A DNA stretch of 64,000 nt, from positions 149,275 through 213,274 of IMG/VR virus record IMGVR_UViG_3300007735_000804; one strand, written 5' to 3'. Numbering within the stretch: the stretch's first letter is position 1; every line of letters starts with the position of its first letter. The notes beneath the pieces are model-generated. The model had not been told where the DNA came from. It saw only the letters and a list, made by a program, of their open reading frames with translations, and did no database searches. The position numbers and the translations under genes were made by a program. Shown one piece after another: positions 56,901 to 64,000 of the stretch.

Positions 56901-56989
56901 TGCACTACACGAGGAATGACTACACTACCTACACCACTTACACCAGGAGTGAATGTATATCCAGTTTCCAGTATTGCCTTTCTTGCCAT
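53942..56989 (-). CDS. Virion structural protein (1015 aa)
   Basis: MARKAILETGYTFTP, RVS.PQALIDTDFEYG.Q.TKWE, repeated T..PHGL.IG....V.G beta modules, RQTRRYFRYQSGKG. Confidence 0.78.
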   Translation of the reverse strand: MARKAILETGYTFTPGVSGVGSVVIPRVVQRERLILITNVTTNTVIYNFSDANLKATSYTVSTSGGVNTTTVVLNYNTASMSSTDKLQIIVDEYDEKFTPSETYVDPVNKFRVSSPQALIDTDFEYGTQVTKWENLAMINNRPFSFPSSVPITGIGTMTLPTSSRTVTVVVGASGTSSIPGIGSAITVQDTYLNIANGNFLVESIGAGNTNFTYTARATNTGSVTQIFDANKTGIFSGSTYTNAAIGGSPTFSWTSGTAIPVTTTVPHGLAIGNQIAVVGTSQVNANGSFFVAGITSSRTFTYYANTAPAANPSGGAIYVRPSGQFLHRPFDGGVIFTNNATSNFEQATRQTRRYFRYQSGKGIQISSGTCLKPNLQLDSLTSTGVSVGSTIVVQTKEQHNIQAATPGTQVTISGANETGYNGTYSVTSVTGYNTFNLTSTSGIGSTIASGNYNCSVSSWYGCSNRLGAFDSQNGVFFEFDGQTLYAVRRNSTYQLAGKVSVTNGTNTVTQTNSTFPTAFARQLSIGDYVVLRGQSYRVVDIASDTSMTISPSYRGATADYVVISRTVDTRIPQSQWNIDKCDGTGPSGFNLDLTKMQMFYIDYSWYGAGFIRWGFRGPTGDIIYCHKSPNNNVNTEAYMRSGNLPGRYESESRPPTTQINNSVGASDTFVGVASTAGFPSAGTLVIRNADTYEYVNYTGIGTTAFTGVTRGKSGNSSLALTVASGSNVATATTTNLQVGQRIISSTGVPDGTYISAIGSGTITLSQAVTALNPTVAAVPMGATTGQAFTYSATDPTAVELAFPTYGPSISHWGTSVIMDGRFDDDKSLVFTYGQTTFTNLAAAGNAGSTKALFSIRVSPSVDNGIAAAFGSRELINRMQLVLRTLDLTTKTSGANFLVRAYLNSIPSTATTWTNAVGNVSGVQNSSLAQIADYAGGSTTLSGGEVTAGFFVSGTSSIELDKVRDLGNSILGGGGSTSNTQIYPDGPDVLTITATNVGGSAVDVLARLSWTEAQA

Positions 56990-57010
56990 AATTAATTGAT
57001 ACCTTTGTTA

Positions 57011-57017
57011 TATTTAT
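57011..57017 (-). promoter_or_regulatory. Late promoter ATAAATA
   Basis: tatttat on plus, 22 nt upstream of the 1015-aa gene. Confidence 0.6.
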
Positions 57018-57020
57018 GTG

Positions 57021-57314
57021 TTAGTAAATAGTTGTGACTTCATCAATCTCATTATAAACAATCACCGATTTATCAGTATTTTGTCTCATAAGTGTTCCTT
57101 GACCTGGACCATATAAGACACCAGCAAATTCATCATAAACAGGATCATAAGGAGGAAAAACATTTGCCGTAATTGTTGTTACTCCAACATTTTCTGCAAA
57201 TTCTATTGAATAATAAGTTCCAAGTCCCGTGATACTTGGATTATTTGCAGTAGTCTCATCAAACTCACCTGCAAGCATTGAACCATATTGATCTAATCTT
57301 CCTACAACTGGCAT
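57021..57314 (-). CDS. Small structural-type protein (97 aa), paralogous to the N-terminus of 61990-63027
   Basis: MPVVGRLDQYGSMLAGEFDE versus MPIVSRLLSTGILRANLFDE; both continue to ...L.VY.(E/S)(I/F)DE. Confidence 0.7.
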   Translation of the reverse strand: MPVVGRLDQYGSMLAGEFDETTANNPSITGLGTYYSIEFAENVGVTTITANVFPPYDPVYDEFAGVLYGPGQGTLMRQNTDKSVIVYNEIDEVTTIY

Positions 57315-57318
57315 AATC

Positions 57319-60300
57319 TTATCCCGCTACAAAGTCCAAACTATTTGCAGTTGAGTTATATTGTATGTAGAAGTTAGTGGTTCCTGCAGTTCCGCCGAAT
57401 CTCATCTTGCCAGTCGATTGAACTCTTGCATCACCAGAAACATCCACTGCAAAAGATGGTGAAGTAACTGCAACACCAACATTTGAAGAAACATAAGCAC
57501 CACCAGTAACTTGAAGTGGTTGTGATGTTGTTCCTGTTGAAGTTCCAGAACCAATCAATACTGGTCCATTAGTGAATGTTGAGATACCAGTAACTTGAAG
57601 TTGTGTAAGAGATCCAGTACCACCACTTACACTTGTAGATACTCCTGCTGTTGTAGCATAAGTTGCTATACCACTTGAAGTAGCATAAGTCGCAATACCT
57701 GCTGATGTAGCATAAGTTGCACTCGAAGCATTACCACTAAAACTAGTTGCAGTTACTACACCAGTAAATTTAGCATCACCAACTACATCAAGTTTTGATG
57801 TTGGTCTTGCTGAACCAATACCAAGATTGGTTCCAGCATTGATTGCAACCGTACCAACACCGGCAGTTGGACCAATATTGATTTGAGTAAAGGAACCAGA
57901 AAGACCACCAGTTCCAAAGTTGATTGTTTTGGTTGTTCCTACACCAGAAGCACCTGCTTGAATATCAGTTTGTTGCGATGCAGTAGATTGTCCTACAATA
58001 ATACTTCCAGTTCCTGCAGTATTTCCTAAAGTAAAGTTTCCGTTCGCATTAGATGGGTTGATTGTAACATTAGCACCAGTAAAACTAACACTTCCAGAAA
58101 ATGTATTTGTACCTGAAAAAGTTTGAGATGCAATATCAGTAGCTGCTAAAGTTATGTCTGCTCCTGCTAAAGGTAAAGTAACATTTCTATTTGCAACAAT
58201 TGCACCACCAACAATTGTATATCCAAAAGTGTTTGCTGGGTTTCTTATCTTAAGTCCTGATGATAAGAAGGTTCCTACACCAGTTACATTCAGGTTACTG
58301 GTTGTTGTGATACCAGAAGCATTAATATTTCTTACAACTGCTAAATCATTTTCAGTGAATTGAACACTTCCAGCAGCAAGACGAGTTCCAGTTGGGAATT
58401 GTGTTGAACCAATACCAACCGCATAATTAATTAACCAGGCATCAGTATTTAATCCAGTAAAACTACCAGACTTGAACCACATAATTTTCTTATATGTGGG
58501 AAGTGTAGATTCACCAATACCAGGATTATAAAGTGATACTAATGGGTTTCCTTCAGTAGATGCAATTGCTATACCACCATGATTTGCAGTTGTATCATTA
58601 GAAACATCATTACCACTACCATCAGTTCTAACTCCAAGAACAAGGTCTGGGTCTGCTACTTGTAATTGTTGAACATTTACAAATGCGGTTGTTCCACCAA
58701 TCGTAATATTGCCATTAACATTTAAGTTACGATTGACTTGAAGGTCTCTTGTAACTGTTACATCTTGAGGGGCAGTGAATTGTGATGGTATGCTTAATGT
58801 TGGTGTAGAACCTTCTCCAGTTCCGCCAGTTACAGTAATCTGGTTTGCAGTTCCAGAAATATTTTTTACATAATCACCAGTAGTATAAGTGCCAAGACCG
58901 ATAGAGTCAGGAGTGATTGTTGCAGCAAGAGCAACATTTCCAGTACCATCAAATGAAATTGCAGTAGCAGTTACAAAGTTTCCAGTGATAGAGAAGTTTC
59001 TTGCGTTTTGAAGTGCTGTTGCAATACCTGCTGTTGTAGCATAGGTAGCGATACCACTTGAGGTTGCATAAGTTGCTATACCAGCATTAGAAACATAATC
59101 TAGGAATGTGATTGTTGCGATACCAGAAGGACCTGTACCAGCAACAGAAACAATATTACCAACAAAGTTTAATTGAGAGAAACTGTTTGCTGTGCTGACG
59201 AGTGTTCCTTCATCTCTAATAGTTAGACCAGTAATGGCATTAGCAGGTGCAGCATTAGTCCACTGGGTTCCAGATGCAGTTGACTGAAGAATCTGACCTG
59301 ATGTTCCTGGTGAGTTTGTGGAATCATAAATCGCACCAGTGACTCTAGCATTACCTTGAACATGTAAAGATTGTGATGGATTTGTGGTTCCTATGCCAAG
59401 GTTACCAGAAACATAAGCACCACCAGTGACTTGTAGTGGTTGTGATGCAGTTCCTGTTGATGATCCCGCTCCAATAATTTGTGTTCCTCTCAACCACAAA
59501 TCTCTAAATTGATTAGCAGTAGTAGATTTTCCTAAATCAATAGGAGCAACTACCCCATTAGTTGGACTAAAATCTGAAGGAGAACCATTTGTGAACTCAA
59601 TAAAAGCAGAATTTCCTACACCGAATCTCAAACTTCCAGATGAACCAGAAATACCCCTAATAGAAGTTGTAGATGTTCCATCCCAAACTAATTGAGAATT
59701 ACTATCAAGTTTTAAATTTCCACCAGAAATATGAACTGTTGAAGCAGATCCAGTTTGTGATGGTATTGTGGTTCCTAGACCAACAGGACCAGAAACATAA
59801 GCACCACCAGTTACTTGAAGTCTTTGTGATGCTGTTCCAGTTGAAGTTCCAGAACCAATCAATACTGGTCCATTAGTGAATGTTGAGATACCAGTAACTT
59901 GAAGTTGTGTAAGAGATCCAGTACCACCACTTACACTTGTAGATACTCCTGCTGTTGTAGCGTAGGTAGCGATACCAGCGGTTGTAGCATAAGTTGCTAT
60001 ACCTGCTGTAGTCGCATAAGTGCTTATACCAGCATTAGAGGCATAAGTTGCTATACCACTTGAGGTTGCATAAGTAGCACTTGTAGCGTTACCAGTGAAA
60101 CTTGATGCTGTAACCACACCAGCAACAGTAAAGTTACCTCCATAATATAAAGGTCCAGTTCCAGTTCTACCTAAAGCAACTGCATCTGAATTACCAAAAA
60201 CTATAAATCCTTTAGTGTTGTCTTGAGCACCAGAAAGTCGTATAGTATTTGCTACGTTGATATCACCTAACCAAGCATCATCACCAATTCTTACATTTGT

Positions 60301-61956
60301 TCCATTACCATTATTTGATGTATAAAGTTGGTCTACTGTAAGTATGCCAGTAATTGAGGCATTACCAGAAACTGTTAGTACTGCAGTTGGATTTGTGGTT
60401 CCTATGCCGACATTAGAAAGTGTACTAATACCTGCTGATGTTTGTAACCAGTAATTTGTTCCACTACTGACAGGAAGATTAGTGAGTAAAGAACCATCAC
60501 CCGAAAACTTTGTAGCAGTTAATGTTCCTGTAGTACTGATACTAAATGGAGCAAATCCATTCGCGGAAGTTGCATCATCTTCTCTGAATATTCTAAATTC
60601 ATTTGAAGAACCATAGTTGTCAATGTTCCAGCGATAAGAAGAACCTGGTTGTCCTCTAAAAATAAGTCGGTTATTTGAACCAGAATCTTGATTAATAAGT
60701 ACTTTACCAAGAACTGATAGACCAGTTTCTGTTGGATTTGTGGTTCCGATTCCAACATTACCACTTACATAAGCACCACCAGTCACCTGAAGTCTTTGTG
60801 ATACTGTTCCTGTAGAAGTACCGGAACCAATGAATAAAGGTCCATTGGTAAATGTTGAGATACCAATGACTTGAAGTTGTGTTATAGAACCAATACCACC
60901 AATAACACTTGTGGATACTCCAGCAGTTGTAGCGTAGGTAGCGATACCAGCGGTTGTAGCATAAGTTGCTATACCTGCTGTTGTAGCATAGGTAGCGATA
61001 CCACTTGAGGTTGCATAAGTTGCTATACCAGCATTAGAAACATAATCTAGGAATGTGATTGTTGCGATACCAGAAGGACCTGTACCAGCAACAGAAACAA
61101 TATTACCAACAAAGTTTAATTGGGAAAAACTACTAGCAGTACCAACAATTGTTCCTTCATCACGAATTGTAAGTCCAGTAATGGCATTAGCAGGTGCAGC
61201 ATTAGTCCACTGGGTTCCAGATCCTGTAGATTGAAGAATCTGACCTGATGTTCCTGCAGAGTTTGAAGAGTCGTATCGTGCTCCAGTAACTCTTGAACTA
61301 CCTTGAATGTGTAAAGATTGTGATGGGTTTGTGGTTCCTATGCCAAGGTTACCAGAAACATAAGCACCACCAGTGACTTGTAGTGGTTGTGATGCAGTTC
61401 CTGTTGAGGTTCCACTACCAATTAAAACAGGTCCATTGGTAAATGTTGAGATACCAGTAACTTGAAGTTGTGTAAGAGATCCAGTACCACCACTAACACT
61501 TGTGGATACACCAGCAGTTGTAGCGTAGGTAGTAATACCAGCGGTTGTAGCATAAGTTGCTATACCTGCAGAGTCCGCATAAGTAGCAATACCAGCATTA
61601 GAAGCATAAGTTGCTATACCTGCATTAGAAGCATAAGTTGCAATACCAGCATTAGAAGCATAAGTTGCAATACCAGCATTAGAAGCATAAGTTGCAATAC
61701 CTGCTGATGTAGCATAAGTTGCAATACCACTTGAGGTTGCATAAGTTGCAATACCACTTGAGGTTGCATAAGTTGCAATACCACTTGAGGTTGCATAAGT
61801 CGCTATACCAGCACTAGTGGCATAAGTGGCACTCGAAGCATTTCCACTAAATGATACTGCAGTAACAACACCAGTAAACCTACCATCTCCAATTACATGA
61901 AGAGCCGATGTTGGATTGGTTGTTCCTATACCAGTATTGACCTTTAGTAGTGCCAT
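57319..61956 (-). CDS. Mosaic tail fibre-like protein (1545 aa) with 9-aa GIATYATxA repeats and internal duplications
   Basis: ORF track; repeated ITGLTIRDEG, TGTASQPLQVTGGAYVSG and GIGTTNPSQSLH modules. Confidence 0.8.
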   Translation of the reverse strand: MALLKVNTGIGTTNPTSALHVIGDGRFTGVVTAVSFSGNASSATYATSAGIATYATSSGIATYATSSGIATYATSSGIATYATSAGIATYASNAGIATYASNAGIATYASNAGIATYASNAGIATYADSAGIATYATTAGITTYATTAGVSTSVSGGTGSLTQLQVTGISTFTNGPVLIGSGTSTGTASQPLQVTGGAYVSGNLGIGTTNPSQSLHIQGSSRVTGARYDSSNSAGTSGQILQSTGSGTQWTNAAPANAITGLTIRDEGTIVGTASSFSQLNFVGNIVSVAGTGPSGIATITFLDYVSNAGIATYATSSGIATYATTAGIATYATTAGIATYATTAGVSTSVIGGIGSITQLQVIGISTFTNGPLFIGSGTSTGTVSQRLQVTGGAYVSGNVGIGTTNPTETGLSVLGKVLINQDSGSNNRLIFRGQPGSSYRWNIDNYGSSNEFRIFREDDATSANGFAPFSISTTGTLTATKFSGDGSLLTNLPVSSGTNYWLQTSAGISTLSNVGIGTTNPTAVLTVSGNASITGILTVDQLYTSNNGNGTNVRIGDDAWLGDINVANTIRLSGAQDNTKGFIVFGNSDAVALGRTGTGPLYYGGNFTVAGVVTASSFTGNATSATYATSSGIATYASNAGISTYATTAGIATYATTAGIATYATTAGVSTSVSGGTGSLTQLQVTGISTFTNGPVLIGSGTSTGTASQRLQVTGGAYVSGPVGLGTTIPSQTGSASTVHISGGNLKLDSNSQLVWDGTSTTSIRGISGSSGSLRFGVGNSAFIEFTNGSPSDFSPTNGVVAPIDLGKSTTANQFRDLWLRGTQIIGAGSSTGTASQPLQVTGGAYVSGNLGIGTTNPSQSLHVQGNARVTGAIYDSTNSPGTSGQILQSTASGTQWTNAAPANAITGLTIRDEGTLVSTANSFSQLNFVGNIVSVAGTGPSGIATITFLDYVSNAGIATYATSSGIATYATTAGIATALQNARNFSITGNFVTATAISFDGTGNVALAATITPDSIGLGTYTTGDYVKNISGTANQITVTGGTGEGSTPTLSIPSQFTAPQDVTVTRDLQVNRNLNVNGNITIGGTTAFVNVQQLQVADPDLVLGVRTDGSGNDVSNDTTANHGGIAIASTEGNPLVSLYNPGIGESTLPTYKKIMWFKSGSFTGLNTDAWLINYAVGIGSTQFPTGTRLAAGSVQFTENDLAVVRNINASGITTTSNLNVTGVGTFLSSGLKIRNPANTFGYTIVGGAIVANRNVTLPLAGADITLAATDIASQTFSGTNTFSGSVSFTGANVTINPSNANGNFTLGNTAGTGSIIVGQSTASQQTDIQAGASGVGTTKTINFGTGGLSGSFTQINIGPTAGVGTVAINAGTNLGIGSARPTSKLDVVGDAKFTGVVTATSFSGNASSATYATSAGIATYATSSGIATYATTAGVSTSVSGGTGSLTQLQVTGISTFTNGPVLIGSGTSTGTTSQPLQVTGGAYVSSNVGVAVTSPSFAVDVSGDARVQSTGKMRFGGTAGTTNFYIQYNSTANSLDFVAG
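61480..61840 (-). repeat. Tandem 27-bp (9-aa GIATYAxxA) repeat array, about 12 copies
   Basis: gcataagttgcaataccagcattagaa and gcataagttgcaataccacttgaggtt units. Confidence 0.9.
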
Positions 61957-61976
61957 TTTTTCTTCTTATACAAGGT

Positions 61977-61983
61977 TATTTAT
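61977..61983 (-). promoter_or_regulatory. Late promoter ATAAATA
   Basis: tatttat on plus, 21 nt upstream of the 1545-aa gene. Confidence 0.6.
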
Positions 61984-61989
61984 TTCGTA

Positions 61990-63027
61990 TTAAGCATCAC
62001 CAGTAAAAATAAATCCAACATATGAGGTTCCAGAAATCAGAGATCCTGCCCAATATAAATCAGAGGTAGAATCAGTGGCATTAAAATTACCAAATCCATA
62101 ACCATTTGCTGCCTTATATGTTGGACCTGGGGTATTGCCATCAGTTTTTCCACCGATAATAAATGCCCAAGTACCATCATCTCCAGAAAAAGCAGATGTT
62201 GCAGCATATCCTGCTGTCGTCGCACTCGAACTATTACTATAATTCCAACCAGCATTTCCAGTCACATTTGATGCTATAATTGTTCCAGACGGACCAATCA
62301 CAACCTGATAGATTCTATTAAATGAATTACTAGCATTAAATGGATAAAAAATATCTTTCGTATTTGTTATAGGATGTCCATTTGTAGTTACAACATTCGT
62401 ATTACTTATCAAATCTCCAGTAAATACCCACAACAAAATGCCACGAAATCCATTTGTTGTGCCATCATAAACTGCCATTGCCATCCATTTTTTACCATCA
62501 ATTACAGATAAAGAATTATTAACACCTCCACTCATATCGGCAATGGTTTTTCCAGTAGACAAGATGTTAGATGCTGAACTATTGTAAACAAATCCTGCTC
62601 CAGTGAATGTTCTTTTTCCTCCGGCAGCAGCAGTTCCACTTAATAATTCGGCATTTGCAGCATCAGTAGCAACAGCAAACACATTAAAAGAACTATCTGC
62701 TGCTTGAATGGTACTTTGAACAGATCCTAAATTAGTATTTGTAATACTAGTCAAAGAATTAAGTGAAGGTGCCAGTGATAGTAAATTATCAAATACTCCT
62801 CCAAATGCTGACAATTCGTCGAATGAATCATACACAAGTAATTTTTTATCACTTGTAATCATCATTGGCGTAGAACTGTTCAAACTTGAAGCAGTTCCTT
62901 CTTTCATTTCAGTTGAATAAAAAGTTCCTGTAGATGTAACACCTACATTTGAACTCGTTCCCGAAAGTTCATCGAATAAATTTGCTCTAAGAATTCCTGT
63001 AGATAAAAGTCTTGATACTATTGGCAT
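61990..63027 (-). CDS. Putative virion protein (345 aa)
   Basis: ORF track; shares its N-terminal motif with the 97-aa ORF. Confidence 0.72.
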   Translation of the reverse strand: MPIVSRLLSTGILRANLFDELSGTSSNVGVTSTGTFYSTEMKEGTASSLNSSTPMMITSDKKLLVYDSFDELSAFGGVFDNLLSLAPSLNSLTSITNTNLGSVQSTIQAADSSFNVFAVATDAANAELLSGTAAAGGKRTFTGAGFVYNSSASNILSTGKTIADMSGGVNNSLSVIDGKKWMAMAVYDGTTNGFRGILLWVFTGDLISNTNVVTTNGHPITNTKDIFYPFNASNSFNRIYQVVIGPSGTIIASNVTGNAGWNYSNSSSATTAGYAATSAFSGDDGTWAFIIGGKTDGNTPGPTYKAANGYGFGNFNATDSTSDLYWAGSLISGTSYVGFIFTGDA

Positions 63028-64000
63028 TATACAAAAATGAAGTCGAGTGAGTTTAATGAAGTATTATGTTGTATTTCAAAACGATTTGCAGAACCAGTTC
63101 CTTGAACACCAATGGTTCCAACAACATCCAAAGTTTCTCTTGGATTTGTGGTCCCAACTCCAACAGAACCAGAGACATAAGCACCACCAGTTACTTGAAG
63201 TCTCTGTGCTGCCGTTCCTGTTGAAGTAGCGGCACCAATAAACACAGGTCCATTAGAGAACGTTGATATTCCAGTGACTTGAAGTTGTGTGATAGAACCA
63301 ATGCCACCTATTACACTTGTAGATACTCCTGCTGATGTAGCATAAGTTGCTATTCCTGCATTATTAACATAATTAACAGAAACAGTAACTGTAGAAATAC
63401 CACCAACTGCATTTGAAGCAGAAATATTTGTTCCTGCAAAATCAAGTGTAGTAACTGAAGAACCAACTACAACTCCTTCATCCCTAATGGTAATACCTGA
63501 GATAATATTAGAAAGTTGAGAACCATCACCATAATAAGTAATTCCAATACCACCTACAGTTGCTCCTGTTCCCACTGGAGTAACTTTAAAGTTTCCTATA
63601 GTAGAAATACCAGAAACATTTAATTGTGTGACTGAAGCAATACCACCTATAACACTTGTAGATACTCCTGCCGTATTCGCATAAGTTGATATTCCTGCTA
63701 TTGTTGCATAAGTGCTTATACCACTTGAGGTAGCATAAGTTGCTATGCCTGCTGATGTTGCATAAGTTGCTATACCTGCTGATGTTGCATAAGTTGCTAT
63801 ACCTGCTGATGTAGCATAAGTTGCTATGCCTGCTGATGTTGCATAAGTTGCTATACCTGCTGATGTTGCATAAGTTGCTATACCTGCTGATGTAGCATAA
63901 GTTGCTATGCCTGCTGATGTAGCATAAGTTGCAATACCTGCATTAGGAGCATAAGTTGCAATACCTGCTGATGTAGCATAAGTTGCAATACCTGCTGATG
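63027..64000 (-). CDS. Tail fibre-like protein, C-terminal part (starts beyond the window)
   Basis: The frame of the 63027-63575 ORF stays open to the window end (ATYATSAGI repeats, GGIASVTQLNVSGIST). It ends in NSLDFIFV, like NSLDFVAG of the 1545-aa protein. Confidence 0.8.
   Translation of the reverse strand, partial: SAGIATYATSAGIATYAPNAGIATYATSAGIATYATSAGIATYATSAGIATYATSAGIATYATSAGIATYATSAGIATYATSAGIATYATSSGISTYATIAGISTYANTAGVSTSVIGGIASVTQLNVSGISTIGNFKVTPVGTGATVGGIGITYYGDGSQLSNIISGITIRDEGVVVGSSVTTLDFAGTNISASNAVGGISTVTVSVNYVNNAGIATYATSAGVSTSVIGGIGSITQLQVTGISTFSNGPVFIGAATSTGTAAQRLQVTGGAYVSGSVGVGTTNPRETLDVVGTIGVQGTGSANRFEIQHNTSLNSLDFIFV
63690..64000 (-). repeat. Tandem 27-bp (ATYATSAGI) repeat array, at least 10 copies, running off the window
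   Basis: gcataagttgctatacctgctgatgt(a/t) units. Confidence 0.9.

Overview
This 64 kb window comes from a large, AT-rich T4-like cyanomyovirus (Kyanoviridae-like). The assignment rests on recognisable gp2, gp4, gp5, gp26, gp32, gp33, gp48, gp51, gp53, gp54 and gp59 homologues, plus phoH, thyX, a glutaredoxin and (A/C)TAAATA late promoters. Almost all genes are on the minus strand; only gp4-gp2-gp48-gp53 (30.8-33.2 kb) are on plus. Layout: 1-8 kb, fibre/structural genes with a polyglycine adhesin; 8.3-9.0 kb, an early-promoter unit with three tRNAs; 9-18 kb, a second fibre module with chaperone, adhesin and modifying enzymes; 18-33 kb, baseplate/tail core; 33-40.5 kb, replication and auxiliary core; 40.5-52 kb, an accessory island; 52-64 kb, mosaic repeat-rich fibre genes. 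Candidates most worth follow-up: (1) an ORF-less ~100-nt transcription unit (perfect TTGACA-17-TATAAT promoter, two hairpins, terminator) with a stretch complementary to the cyanobacterial Yfr1 sRNA motif; (2) three paralogous double six-blade Kelch-like propeller genes with Pro-rich hypervariable loops, interleaved with prolyl-hydroxylase-like, glycosyltransferase and sulfotransferase genes; (3) a gp38-like adhesin with an 18-Cys/40-aa knob; (4) a non-canonical tRNA(UAU) and a short-arm tRNA-Leu co-transcribed with an orphan Phd/YefM-like ORF; (5) a perfect NtcA box upstream of an unannotated 30-aa basic peptide. Family assignments are from motif recognition only; no database searches were run.
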